64,000 bases of DNA from a virus. Location of the stretch: IMG/VR virus record IMGVR_UViG_3300008952_003529. The stretch is one strand, 5' to 3'. Every line of letters begins with the position of its first letter. The stretch's first letter is position 1. A program made the translations under genes and the position numbers. The notes beneath the pieces were generated by a model that worked only from the letters and a program-made list of their open reading frames with translations, was not told the DNA's origin and did no database searches. Below are positions 17,315 to 27,703 of this stretch, in pieces.

Positions 17315-19056
17315 TGGCAAAAGGTTCAGGAACTGACGCAGTAGCGAAAATTAATAACCCCACCTCGAGCATTGCAGCAGAGGTGGAAGCAGCCCAAACT
17401 GCAGGTCCAACACAGGTCCTGCAACGCGCCGTGGTGGTTGAAGTGCTATATGATCTCGCTGCATTTACCGAAGATGAATTTACAGAGCTACAAGCGATTG
17501 TTTCGACACCAGACCTTTTAGCTTCCACTCCACGGAACTCTATTATAGCTCGACCAGTTACTGCCGGAGCAGATAAACGAGCGACCGTTGAGAAGGATGA
17601 AGAGAGTGGAGAAGAAAAGGGAGTCGTGGGGGTTCTTTGTTACCCTTTCTTTCCGCCCCATCTGTGTTTTCCAGTTAAGCCCGGAGAACAAGTGTGGCTT
17701 ATATCTGATTCGCCAGATGTAACAGCGGGAGTTCTCTACTGGATGTGTCGTATTCCAGAAGCAGACCATATTGATGGTCTCAATTTCACTCATGGTGATA
17801 GAAAATTTATTGGTTCGACTGGTGAGAAAAGTTCATCTGAAAAAGCCGCTTCCGCACAAGGCGAAGAAGTAGCAGAAGCAGCAGAAGTATTTGGGTTCCC
17901 TAATGGCCCCGGGGTGCAGGATGCGTATTCCTTGAATGGCGAGCTCGCGTATGAAGATGTTGTGAACGCTTCGTTGAGTTATATGTCATTTATTCCAGAA
18001 CCAATTCCTCGCTTTACTAAGAGGCCTGGCGATCTAGTCATTCAAGGCTCAAATAATGCATTGATTTGCCTTGGTCAAGATCGCGGATGGACCCATGATT
18101 CTAGTAATGCTGCTCGACAAACCTCAGACGGAGCAGAGCAGTCAAATGCAACGTTAGAAGACGGTGACACGACTAAGGACGCTGAAATAAGCACGGGGGC
18201 AGTGGATATTGTTGCTGGAAGAGGACGCTACGATTTTCGAGTGCTTGGCGGCGCGGTAGATGATGATCCCGCATTAACATCTTCAAGAACTGTAGAGAAC
18301 GTACCTCCCGATGAGGGTCGGGAGCCTTATCCAGAAACAAACAAAAACCCTGTTGGGAATGACACAGCTGGCGTAAATCGTTTCGACGGTCCCACAGAGG
18401 GAGACCCCGACTTAGAAAATGACGCTGCAAGAGTGTATGTTGCGATGGCAACTGAAGTAGATAAGAACTTCCATATTGATACTCCTGGAGACACCATCCC
18501 GACAGCGATCGATAGCAATGTTAAAGCAGCAGAAGATGAGTCATCTATTGAATATCCCGCTGCTGTGGTCGTAAAGTCCGATGAGGTGAGAATAATAGCC
18601 AGGAAGAAGGACTCGGGGGACCCTGTTAGTGGCGCTCCAGAAATTAATGGTAGCATTAGGCTCATTAAGGAGGGGGACGCCAGTGATGATCTGGCTGCTA
18701 TCTTTATACTTCCTGATGGCACCATTCAAATTAGTGGAAAGCAGATTCTTTTAGGACGTGCTCACGCGGACGGCAGAACAAAGTCTATCTACGCAATGCT
18801 GGATGGCGGTGATCCCATGGGTCCTGATGATGCTGAACCCTGGGTTCGCTTTTCTGATTTAAAGAAATTATTTGGTCAACTTTATGAAGCTTTAGACCAG
18901 TGTTGTCAAACGCTTCAGACAAATATTTGTCCAATCATTGGACCCAACCCTCAAGTTACTGCCGCTGCAACGCAGCTTCAAGCAATGTTGAAAATTCATA
19001 AGACTCGCACACAAGATTTTGACGAGTTAGCATCTACAAGAATTTGGGGAGAATAA
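17311..19056 (+). CDS. Baseplate hub/central spike, gp5-like
   Basis: N-terminal OB-fold-like segment YPFFPPHLCFPVKPGEQVWLI..YWMCRI; beta-rich PGDLVIQGSNNALICLGQDRG, VDIVAGRG and VVVKSDEVRIIARK; lies directly before the gp25 and gp6 genes. Confidence 0.6.
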   Translation: MMAKGSGTDAVAKINNPTSSIAAEVEAAQTAGPTQVLQRAVVVEVLYDLAAFTEDEFTELQAIVSTPDLLASTPRNSIIARPVTAGADKRATVEKDEESGEEKGVVGVLCYPFFPPHLCFPVKPGEQVWLISDSPDVTAGVLYWMCRIPEADHIDGLNFTHGDRKFIGSTGEKSSSEKAASAQGEEVAEAAEVFGFPNGPGVQDAYSLNGELAYEDVVNASLSYMSFIPEPIPRFTKRPGDLVIQGSNNALICLGQDRGWTHDSSNAARQTSDGAEQSNATLEDGDTTKDAEISTGAVDIVAGRGRYDFRVLGGAVDDDPALTSSRTVENVPPDEGREPYPETNKNPVGNDTAGVNRFDGPTEGDPDLENDAARVYVAMATEVDKNFHIDTPGDTIPTAIDSNVKAAEDESSIEYPAAVVVKSDEVRIIARKKDSGDPVSGAPEINGSIRLIKEGDASDDLAAIFILPDGTIQISGKQILLGRAHADGRTKSIYAMLDGGDPMGPDDAEPWVRFSDLKKLFGQLYEALDQCCQTLQTNICPIIGPNPQVTAAATQLQAMLKIHKTRTQDFDELASTRIWGE

Positions 19057-19059
19057 CCG

Positions 19060-20139
19060 ATGGCTGAGAAATTTACGTTTGGGCTTGAGTCAGAAGCAGC
19101 CGATGCGACAGTCAAATTAATACAAATAGACACGCTCGGAATCAGAGTGACTGCTGCAAACCTCGCCGCAGTTGCTGCCGCCATGGCCCTCGCCGCAGCC
19201 GAAGCCGCTATGGCAGCAGCTGAAGATGAGTTGGCTCTTGCCGAAGCAGCTGAGGCCGCAGCCCTCGCGGCACTGGCGGGCGGTGCTGAAACACCCGCCG
19301 GCCTTCTTCGAGCTTTGCCCCTTCCATTCGGGTCAATTATTCCCGAGCCTCCCGAGATAGCCTTACCGACGCTTAGCGGAAGCGGCCCTGATGTAGAGGG
19401 AGATACAGAGACTGTTGAGATGTTTGCCGCCCTAACAGAGATGAGCGGAATTCAAAAAGAGATGGGTGATGCTGTATTCGCAACACTAGACCCAATCCTC
19501 CAAGGGCTTGAGGGCGATCTTACGTACGCTGTAGCTGATACCGCAATTTTCGCTGCAGGTATAACCGACGAGCCCCATGATACCCGTCCACCGCTTCCTG
19601 TATCAGAGGTTGTGCCAAGCATGGCCCGAATGCAATTATTTGACGAGTTTGTATACGCTCTCCGCCGCGCAACCATGGCCGCCGGAACTGAAGACCCCGA
19701 AGCTCCTGGAAAAATTCTTTGTGCATATATGGCATTAGCGGTTGAGAAATTTGTACGTAGAGCAGTTATTCGGGTGTCATTACCAGATGACAAAATTATA
19801 TCATTAACCGCTGATCTTAATACCTTCGGGACAAACACAGCTGCAAAATCTGCTGAGAACATTACGTTATTCGGTAATCCAAGCTTAACAGAGTGCGACT
19901 ATAATGGTACCAGCGGCGAACTTGGTTCATACGATCTACAGTCTGCAGATATGTTACTTGGATTTAACATCGTTCCGCAGCTCACATTTTATGGTGGTAT
20001 CGATACACTAAAGGACTACGGGTATAATTTCGATGCTGGAAATAGTGATCCGCTGTATCGAGCGGAGGGAGGGGAGGTACCCTTGGTGAATCTTCAAGCT
20101 ATCCTGATGGGCCTTAAAAACGGAATAAACTTTATCTAG
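19060..20139 (+). CDS. Hypothetical baseplate-region protein with long Ala-rich helix
   Basis: Intact 359-aa ORF between the gp5-like and gp25-like genes; Ala-rich run near the N-terminus. Confidence 0.65.
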   Translation: MAEKFTFGLESEAADATVKLIQIDTLGIRVTAANLAAVAAAMALAAAEAAMAAAEDELALAEAAEAAALAALAGGAETPAGLLRALPLPFGSIIPEPPEIALPTLSGSGPDVEGDTETVEMFAALTEMSGIQKEMGDAVFATLDPILQGLEGDLTYAVADTAIFAAGITDEPHDTRPPLPVSEVVPSMARMQLFDEFVYALRRATMAAGTEDPEAPGKILCAYMALAVEKFVRRAVIRVSLPDDKIISLTADLNTFGTNTAAKSAENITLFGNPSLTECDYNGTSGELGSYDLQSADMLLGFNIVPQLTFYGGIDTLKDYGYNFDAGNSDPLYRAEGGEVPLVNLQAILMGLKNGINFI

Positions 20140-20161
20140 ATGAGGGAATTTATCGGGGTAG

Positions 20162-20169
20162 ATAATTAA
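20162..20169 (+). promoter_or_regulatory. Candidate late-promoter motif ATAATTAA
   Basis: Intergenic, 14 nt before the gp25-like start, followed by AGGAG. The same motif recurs in five other gaps. Confidence 0.55.
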
Positions 20170-20183
20170 CGTCAGGAGTCGAC

Positions 20184-20690
20184 ATGGCAATAGTCCCAAT
20201 TGGTAATAGAAAAGTTTATTCTTTCAAGTCTGTAGGGCAAGATGCTGCTGAAAGAAAAAAGTTTAGAGCGGAGCAGATTAGCGCTAGAAATAAGACGGCT
20301 TTTGGTATAAAGACTCCAGTACAATTATCAACTGGAGGTACTGAATTTCTTAAGATGAATTATTCTATGGCAGATCAAGTTTCCGATAATTTTAGAAACT
20401 TGATTTTGACAAATCATGGAGAGCGGTTGGGGTTTCCAGATTTCGGGGCAAATCTCATGGAATTGGCATTCGAGTTACAGAGCGAAGACGGCCAACAGGA
20501 AGCTGTTCACCGTATTAGCAAAGCAGCTGGAAAGTATATGCCCTATTTAATACCCAATACTTTTGAAGCGATTGTTGATCATTTTGATAATCAGACGGTT
20601 GCGAAAGTCGGCCTTAGGATAAGTTACGATATTCCGAAACTAAAGGTAAGTAATAGAATTTTAGAAGTGATCATCTACACTGCGAGTTAA
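20184..20690 (+). CDS. Baseplate wedge subunit, gp25/GpW-like
   Basis: GIKTP, NFRNLILTNHGER...PDFGANL is the gp25 family pattern. Confidence 0.88.
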   Translation: MAIVPIGNRKVYSFKSVGQDAAERKKFRAEQISARNKTAFGIKTPVQLSTGGTEFLKMNYSMADQVSDNFRNLILTNHGERLGFPDFGANLMELAFELQSEDGQQEAVHRISKAAGKYMPYLIPNTFEAIVDHFDNQTVAKVGLRISYDIPKLKVSNRILEVIIYTAS

Positions 20691-20696
20691 TAAAAA

Positions 20697-22541
20697 ATGG
20701 CAAATGATATAAAGAAGCAATTAAAGAAAGAGCTACAACGAAATTATCTCGCAAAAGATTTTACGGGTTTTAGGAGTGACTTATTGAGTCATGCTAGGGT
20801 GTATTTCCCTGACAAAATAAAAGACTTCACAGAAGCTAGTCTTGGGGGTATGCTTTTAGATATGGCAGCATTCGTGGGAGACTCGATGTCTTTCTATTTA
20901 GACCACCAATTTAATGAGCTAAATTGGTCCACTGCTATTGAAGCTAAAAATGTTAAGAAGCATCTACGAAATGCTGGTGTAAAGGTTCGAGGAGCAGCTC
21001 CCTCCATTGCAGAGGTAAGGTTTTATTTTGAGATACCAGCAAAGCTATCTGGGACCGAGTACGGTCCAGACTCTTCTCTTTTGCCCAAGGTGGGTCGAGG
21101 CACTAAGTTAGCTTCTGCTAAAGGGGTTCCATTTTCGTTGATAGACGATCTAGACTTTACTGAGAAAGACTTATTGGGAAACTACCTTTATGATGCGATA
21201 CTTGTTGAAGTTGATGATGCTGGAGATCCATCCAGCTATGTTGTTAGCATGATCGGAATATGTCTATCTGGTGAAGAAAAGACTGAGTCAATAAAGATCC
21301 CCAATTTGCACAAGCCCTTTCGTACGTTGACATTAGCCGCTGAAAATATCACAGACATCATAAGCGTAAAGGACAGCGAAGATAATGAATATTACGAGGT
21401 AGATAATCTTACACAAGATACTGTGTTTCAGGCTGTGCTTAATACGACTGAAGACGCTGAGCAGGTGCCTAATAATATTGAAATAATCCCAGCTCCCTAC
21501 CGCTTTCTTACAATCTATGATTACAATACAAAATTAACGAAACTTCGATTTGGTGGTGGTGATGCTCAGACTCTTGATAACGACATTGTTCCTGATCCAG
21601 CCGATTTAGCATTGCCAATGTACGGAAAAACTGTAATGAGTAGATTTTCCATTGATCCTGGCTCGTTATTACAAACACAAACTCTTGGAATAGCACCTAG
21701 AAATACAACTCTAAAAATAACATATCGCTACGGTGGAGGGCTAAATCATAACGTGGCTGCCAATACAATCAAGACGGTAGACACACTATATCTCACATTC
21801 CCCAGCGTCGCAAACGCGACAGGAGCCAATAATGTTAGGGGCTCGGTAGATATTTTGAACGAAGATCCCGCCTCAGGTGCAGATAATGCTCCAACTCTTG
21901 AAGAGCTTCGTGCACAGATTCCAGCGGCGCGTCAAGCCCAGAATAGAATCATTACCAAACCCGATTTGGTTTCAAGAATTTATACCTTGCCCAACAAGTT
22001 TGGGAGAGTGTATCGTGTAGGTGTACAGCCAAACCCTATAAATTCTTTAGCGTCTCAAATATTCGTTATTTCAAGAGACAAAAACAAAAAGCTTGGACTA
22101 ACACCTGATACGCTTAAGAAAAACATGAGAAAATACCTTAATGAATTTCGTGCTGTTAGCGATGCATTTGATATTTTAGATGCTCAGATTATTAATTTTG
22201 CTCTTGATTTTGTGATTGTAGCTCATCCGGCATCTAATAAGACACAGGTTGCGCAAAAAGCAATCCAAGCTTTGGCGAAGATTTTAGACACGAAGAATTT
22301 TCAGATCGATATGCCTATTGCGCTTTCAGACATAACAAACACAATCTTAAATACTGACGGGGTAATTTCTTTGGTGGCACTGGAACTTTCAAATAAGACG
22401 GGTACAATCGAAGATCGCGTCTATAGCGATGTTTCATTCAACCCTCAGGCAAACACATACCAACAGATGGTGATTGGCCCCGCTGGGTCAATCTTTGAAT
22501 TGAAGTTTCCAAAATCTGATATAACAGTTTCGGTAAGGTGA
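20697..22541 (+). CDS. Baseplate wedge subunit, gp6/baseplate-J-like
   Basis: YLAKDFTGFRSDLL..ARVYFP...DF.EAS.GGMLLDMAAFVGD.MSFYLD, LRFGGG, YRYGGG..NV, ASGADN.PTLEELR, QNRIIT..D. Confidence 0.9.
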   Translation: MANDIKKQLKKELQRNYLAKDFTGFRSDLLSHARVYFPDKIKDFTEASLGGMLLDMAAFVGDSMSFYLDHQFNELNWSTAIEAKNVKKHLRNAGVKVRGAAPSIAEVRFYFEIPAKLSGTEYGPDSSLLPKVGRGTKLASAKGVPFSLIDDLDFTEKDLLGNYLYDAILVEVDDAGDPSSYVVSMIGICLSGEEKTESIKIPNLHKPFRTLTLAAENITDIISVKDSEDNEYYEVDNLTQDTVFQAVLNTTEDAEQVPNNIEIIPAPYRFLTIYDYNTKLTKLRFGGGDAQTLDNDIVPDPADLALPMYGKTVMSRFSIDPGSLLQTQTLGIAPRNTTLKITYRYGGGLNHNVAANTIKTVDTLYLTFPSVANATGANNVRGSVDILNEDPASGADNAPTLEELRAQIPAARQAQNRIITKPDLVSRIYTLPNKFGRVYRVGVQPNPINSLASQIFVISRDKNKKLGLTPDTLKKNMRKYLNEFRAVSDAFDILDAQIINFALDFVIVAHPASNKTQVAQKAIQALAKILDTKNFQIDMPIALSDITNTILNTDGVISLVALELSNKTGTIEDRVYSDVSFNPQANTYQQMVIGPAGSIFELKFPKSDITVSVR

Positions 22542-22547
22542 TTAAGA

Positions 22548-24098
22548 ATGTTTTACATCGTAACAGCTAGTTCAGACACTTATATTACAAACAAGATTAT
22601 AGACAATAACTTTAGAGCGACCGACGCTAACGTAGGAAGAGCCGCAACGTTAGACCTCTTTAAACTATACGACGAGTCGGTCTATACATCGGGATCTACG
22701 AGGGTTACTTCATCTGTCAGCGAGCTATCGAGAATATTAGTTAAATTTAATTACGACACAATCCAGACACTAGCAAGCTCATCGCTAGATTTTACTCATT
22801 CGAGTTTCAAGGCAGTACTGGAATTAAATGAAATACAAACTGGTGCTCCGGTTCCACGAGATTTCTGGGTCGTTTCTTATCCGCTAGCGCAGCAGTTCAA
22901 TGAAGGCTCCGGCCGGGATACATCACGCTTTACTGACGTCGACGCTGCAAACTACACAACTGCCTCATATTCATCTGGGACACCTGTATTATGGAACACG
23001 AGCGGGTCTAACAAAGGTGGATACCTGGGAGACTCTGGGGTCGATTTTATTCTTAGCGGTGCCATTGGATCGTCAGTGGTTGATTTTGGAGCCTCTCAAT
23101 ATTTTAAAGAAGGTCCTGGGAAGATCTCTCTTGATGTCACGAATGTAGTGTCTTGTTCACTAGCCAGCTCAATTCCTAATTTCGGTTTCAGGATAACTTT
23201 TAGTGGCTCGTATGACACTGATACAAAGACACGGTTTGCTAAACGTTTTGCATCTAGACATGTAAGAAATAAGTTGCTATCTCCACGTCTTCTCATTACG
23301 TGGAATAATACGATGAAAGATTCACACCTTAATTTCGTATTTAACTCATCTGCTAGTTTATTTTTACGAAATACCATTGGTGGCACGTCAACCAACCTAA
23401 GGTCTGGTTCGGCATTGACTGAGCTGAGTGGTGAAGACTGCATTTTATTAACGCTGGTCAGCGGCTCGGGTGCTACTGCTTCGTATACATTTATTACTGC
23501 ATCTCAGCATACTGGCTCCGCCACAAGCGCCGGTATGCCGGGAGTGTACTCTGCTTCATTCGCGTTGAACCAATTTGATTCATCATTTTTTAAGACGATG
23601 AAAGGTAATAATGAACTTACATTTACTGAAATATGGTCATCGCTTGATCGTACTATCGGATATATGACGGGATCGTTAACCGTTAAAAAAACAGCTGTGG
23701 CATCTAACGCGTTTGTGAATAGAAAGCTTTTATTCACCGCGACCAATGCATTGCCTGAGTATAAGCAATATTCTCGTGTTACGATGAGGTTATTTGTAGA
23801 AGATGTTGAAGCGCAACGTAAGACAAAGGCGTACAAGCTTCCTCGAGAACTTGAAACGATAATTGTTGACAAAGTGTATTACAGGATTCGTGATATCGAG
23901 TCTGGCACCATTATGGTTCCCTTCGATGAGATACGTGATTCCACCAGAGTAGCTGTTGATTCTGCCGGGATGTATATAGACTTTCGTACTTCTGGATTGC
24001 CCCACAACAGAAATTACACTATTGACCTACTCGTAAAAGATAGAAACATCTCTGAAATTGTTGAGCTTAATAACGTATCATTTATGGTTGTTTCTTAA
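22548..24098 (+). CDS. Putative virion/baseplate structural protein, Ser/Thr-rich
   Basis: ASSDTYI N-terminus, N.GFRI..SGS, KRFASR..P.L (carbohydrate-binding-like beta domain), C-terminal YYRIRD...PFD; baseplate context. Confidence 0.65.
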   Translation: MFYIVTASSDTYITNKIIDNNFRATDANVGRAATLDLFKLYDESVYTSGSTRVTSSVSELSRILVKFNYDTIQTLASSSLDFTHSSFKAVLELNEIQTGAPVPRDFWVVSYPLAQQFNEGSGRDTSRFTDVDAANYTTASYSSGTPVLWNTSGSNKGGYLGDSGVDFILSGAIGSSVVDFGASQYFKEGPGKISLDVTNVVSCSLASSIPNFGFRITFSGSYDTDTKTRFAKRFASRHVRNKLLSPRLLITWNNTMKDSHLNFVFNSSASLFLRNTIGGTSTNLRSGSALTELSGEDCILLTLVSGSGATASYTFITASQHTGSATSAGMPGVYSASFALNQFDSSFFKTMKGNNELTFTEIWSSLDRTIGYMTGSLTVKKTAVASNAFVNRKLLFTATNALPEYKQYSRVTMRLFVEDVEAQRKTKAYKLPRELETIIVDKVYYRIRDIESGTIMVPFDEIRDSTRVAVDSAGMYIDFRTSGLPHNRNYTIDLLVKDRNISEIVELNNVSFMVVS

Positions 24099-27000
24099 TG
24101 TCAAAAGGCCCAAAGATAAAGCGCGTTTTTGAAAATCAACGACTGTTTACTCCCAAGGTAATCAGAAGATACACAAATTCATCTGGTGTTCTTAGAAACC
24201 AGACAGCTGCCTCGTTATCTGGTTCAGCCCCTACATCTACAACAGGCTCTTTTAGGTATGATCCCCCCGGATCACCTATGAAGTCCACACAGCAATTGCC
24301 GCTTGATTTTTCGCAATTCGAGAACCACACATTTTTTGCATCCGCTGAATCAAATGTTAATGTCGCTTTTGAAAAAATTGTTAATCAATTTCCTTTTGAC
24401 GGAACGACTGAGGAATATGAGAATTTTCTAGATGATTTGACTGGTTTCGAAAACTACGTTTTGGATTCGTTTCCGCACTATGTAGGATACCTAACTTTTG
24501 ACAACACTGTGCTGGGTTCAGTTGATGGGAAGCATCAATCCATAGAAGTCAAGGATAGGGCCGGCGTTTTATTTCCTGCTTTATCTAGAATCCGTTCTGC
24601 AAAAACTATTTTAGATCCATCTGGTGGCTCATTTTCTGTTGAGTGTAAGTTGTCTTTGCCACCAGAAGTGAATACAAAACAGATCGTCTTTAGTCATATG
24701 AGCGATGGGGGTGTTGGTTATTCTGCATTTTTAGAAGATGGTGATGAAGCTTCCGCAAACATAAAGTTTGTAGTTGCTAGTGGTTCACATCATATTTCTG
24801 CTTCTCATAACTTAGAGAAAGGAGAAGTCTGGCACTCTTTAAGCTTCGTTTATGACCGTGATGTGACACAAAGAAATGCAAAGATATTAAGTTGTTCTAC
24901 TGTGATAGCTACGTCGCCACGCTACCGATTTAATAGTCTAAGTACACAAGGTGCTTCTTTTTTCATCGCAACCGGAAGCACAATCCAGACCGGTGGATCT
25001 TATTTCACTCCAGCCGATACATTTGCCGGTTCCATTGACGAATTTAGAGTATTTGCAGGTGTGAGGCCACCTGGTGATATTGATTATTACATGCAAAGAA
25101 ATATATTCGCTCGAAAAGATCTAAAGCTGTCTTTTCGTTTTAATGAGCCAACAGGATCATATACAAACAATGACGTTGTATTAGACCACTCTGGTATGAG
25201 CTTACATTCTAAAATCACAGGGTGGAGGGAAAACCAGATTAGAGTAGTAAATACTGACAATATGCCTCCGATGTTATTTGAGGGATCTGTAAAGCATCCA
25301 GTACTTTTTCCTTCATACCCCTCTCTCGTTACGCTGAATGAGCAATTGCTATTGTCGGCATCTCAGTATGATTCCAACAACCCAAACTTAATTACGAAAT
25401 TAATTCCAGCGCACTATTTGGACGAAGCAGCAGCCTCACTTGCGATATCAGACAATCCTGATGGTACCCTTATGGATGGAATCTCAGCGATGTCTCCAAG
25501 TTATGATGTGCCTGGCGGCGCAAGGTTGGGACAACCACAAATAATCGCGTCTTTGTTGTTTATGTGGGCCAGGGAATTTGATATGGTGAAGGCATTTTTA
25601 GATCATGTTAGTAATCTAATTTTTGCTGAGTATGATTATAATGAGTCGATAGCTGATCACCTTTTACCCGTATTAGCAGAACACTACGGGCTAGAATTAC
25701 CCAACATGTTTCGAAATGCAAAAATGAATCAATTCTTTTCAGGTGAAGAAGTCGTTACTGGAAAGCTTACAAGAAGTCTTCAATTTGCACAAAATGAAAT
25801 ATGGCGAAGAATTTTAATAAATGTTAGAGAAATAATTTCTTCAAAGGGTACAGTACACGCCATCAAGGCATTATTTAGAACTTCCGGGATAGACCCAGAC
25901 AGAATTTTTAGGTTTGTAGAATATGGTGGCACAACTACTCAACGACTTGGTACGGCTCGAGAAGTGGCTACTGAGGTTTCAACCTTAATAGATTTCTCAG
26001 GTAGTCTGGCACACCAAACATCTGTCACAACAGATGCACAGGGGTTCTACGATAAATATCCGTCTATCCAAAGTGTGTTTCTGTCTTCTTCTAGAGTTGA
26101 GAAGGGATGGCCTCCGCCAGCCGGAGACTTTGTTATGCTCAACAACCAGGTATTGGGCACAGATAACACAAATGACGGACTTCAAACATCTGGAAGCTGG
26201 ACAATCGAAACTCGAGTTAAGTTTCCTTTAGCTCGTGGACTCACTTCAAAACAAAGCTTATTTAGGCTTCATACCACATCTTCTGGCACGCCACATAACA
26301 TGATATTGAATCTTGTTGCTACACCACCTACGTCTAGGGCTGTTTATGCGGAGAAGGCTGGGGAGAAAATTACGCTTTATTGCCGTCCTGGCTTCGGTTC
26401 AGACGCACCCTTGATTGAGCTTCCGCTCACCGGCGCAGACATTTTTGATGGACGTGTATGGATGATCACTTGTGGTAGGGAAAGATATGATAGGTGTGGT
26501 TCGTATGTATCTTCTAGCTATTTTATAAGGGCAACGAAGCAAGAATATGGAAATATTGTTGAATATCATACGACATCGTCCTTTTTCGCAGAACAATCGG
26601 ATCCTCCGTATATGAACTATGGAGAAAATATTTGGCAGTTAAAAGAAGAGCCAGGCTCCAAGGCTCTGGAAAATGCGAGTGGTTCATTTTTAGCTTTCGG
26701 AAATCAGAGCATTACAACTACCGGTATAAATTTCCTGAATAACGCTGCTGCTGTGACAAATAATGATGCTAGAACAACGTTATTTCAAGGGTTAATGGGG
26801 CATACTCGTTTTTGGTCTGAAGCTTTAGACGAGCAAGAAACAAAAGAGCACTTATTAAATTTTCGATCGCTGGGTGTCCGAAACCCTCTTGTGAATTTCG
26901 GTTTCACACCTGATGTAACAGGATCGTTCGAAAAGCTTCGCTTGAATATATCATCCGATCAGCCATCCACAGAGAGTAACGATACCGGCGGTCTCTTTTT

Positions 27001-27703
27001 AATAGATTTCTCTCAGAACTTTAATCTATCTGGGTCTCAGTATTATCTACCAGCATCCGGATCGATGATAGGCGCCGTTGGACAAGGGTTTGAGGTAGAG
27101 AAGGGAGTGATTAAACCCGAGCGAATCGACTTTAGTTATCTATCACCAAATTGGGATGAGATGCCAGAGCAAAATAAAGTAAGAGTTGCCGGTTTCACAC
27201 AGGGCAAGAATCTATTTGAGCTTGGTGGTCAACCAGCGCCTGTTTACGAGATTCCAAAGTCTGCCGAGCCTGTGGATGATGCAAGATTTGGTATTGAGTT
27301 TTCGATTATGCAAGCCCTGGATGAGGACATCATGAACATATTTGCAACTCTTGATGCACTAGATTTAGCGATTGGGGCTCCAGAATTGATGTTCGCAGAA
27401 GAATATCCAGAGTTAGCACGATTGAGAAAAGTTTATTTTAATCGCTTAACAGATCAGATCAATTATAAAAAGCTGTTTGATTTTTTTAGGTGGCTAGACG
27501 ACTCGTTTGACTCGATAATAGAGGGATTAATCCCACGTAAGACAAATTACATGGGGTTCAATTTTATAATTGAGGGCCACGGACTAGAACGTCCTAAGGT
27601 GGCGTATGGGTCTGGAGACGTTTATCTCGGTGAGAGTACCAGGAGAAATTTAAAGGGAATCATATTACTTCGACAACTTGTCGGTGACATGAGGAAGTTC
27701 TAA
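24098..27703 (+). CDS. Baseplate wedge/tail protein (P2 gpI / gp7-like segment) with LamG-like domains
   Basis: LamG-like SFSVECKL..WHSLSFV..GSIDEFRVF and a second WTIETRV..GHTRFWS; gpI-like LLPVLAEHYGLELP...IWRRIL..KGTVHAIKAL. Confidence 0.65.
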   Translation: MSKGPKIKRVFENQRLFTPKVIRRYTNSSGVLRNQTAASLSGSAPTSTTGSFRYDPPGSPMKSTQQLPLDFSQFENHTFFASAESNVNVAFEKIVNQFPFDGTTEEYENFLDDLTGFENYVLDSFPHYVGYLTFDNTVLGSVDGKHQSIEVKDRAGVLFPALSRIRSAKTILDPSGGSFSVECKLSLPPEVNTKQIVFSHMSDGGVGYSAFLEDGDEASANIKFVVASGSHHISASHNLEKGEVWHSLSFVYDRDVTQRNAKILSCSTVIATSPRYRFNSLSTQGASFFIATGSTIQTGGSYFTPADTFAGSIDEFRVFAGVRPPGDIDYYMQRNIFARKDLKLSFRFNEPTGSYTNNDVVLDHSGMSLHSKITGWRENQIRVVNTDNMPPMLFEGSVKHPVLFPSYPSLVTLNEQLLLSASQYDSNNPNLITKLIPAHYLDEAAASLAISDNPDGTLMDGISAMSPSYDVPGGARLGQPQIIASLLFMWAREFDMVKAFLDHVSNLIFAEYDYNESIADHLLPVLAEHYGLELPNMFRNAKMNQFFSGEEVVTGKLTRSLQFAQNEIWRRILINVREIISSKGTVHAIKALFRTSGIDPDRIFRFVEYGGTTTQRLGTAREVATEVSTLIDFSGSLAHQTSVTTDAQGFYDKYPSIQSVFLSSSRVEKGWPPPAGDFVMLNNQVLGTDNTNDGLQTSGSWTIETRVKFPLARGLTSKQSLFRLHTTSSGTPHNMILNLVATPPTSRAVYAEKAGEKITLYCRPGFGSDAPLIELPLTGADIFDGRVWMITCGRERYDRCGSYVSSSYFIRATKQEYGNIVEYHTTSSFFAEQSDPPYMNYGENIWQLKEEPGSKALENASGSFLAFGNQSITTTGINFLNNAAAVTNNDARTTLFQGLMGHTRFWSEALDEQETKEHLLNFRSLGVRNPLVNFGFTPDVTGSFEKLRLNISSDQPSTESNDTGGLFLIDFSQNFNLSGSQYYLPASGSMIGAVGQGFEVEKGVIKPERIDFSYLSPNWDEMPEQNKVRVAGFTQGKNLFELGGQPAPVYEIPKSAEPVDDARFGIEFSIMQALDEDIMNIFATLDALDLAIGAPELMFAEEYPELARLRKVYFNRLTDQINYKKLFDFFRWLDDSFDSIIEGLIPRKTNYMGFNFIIEGHGLERPKVAYGSGDVYLGESTRRNLKGIILLRQLVGDMRKF

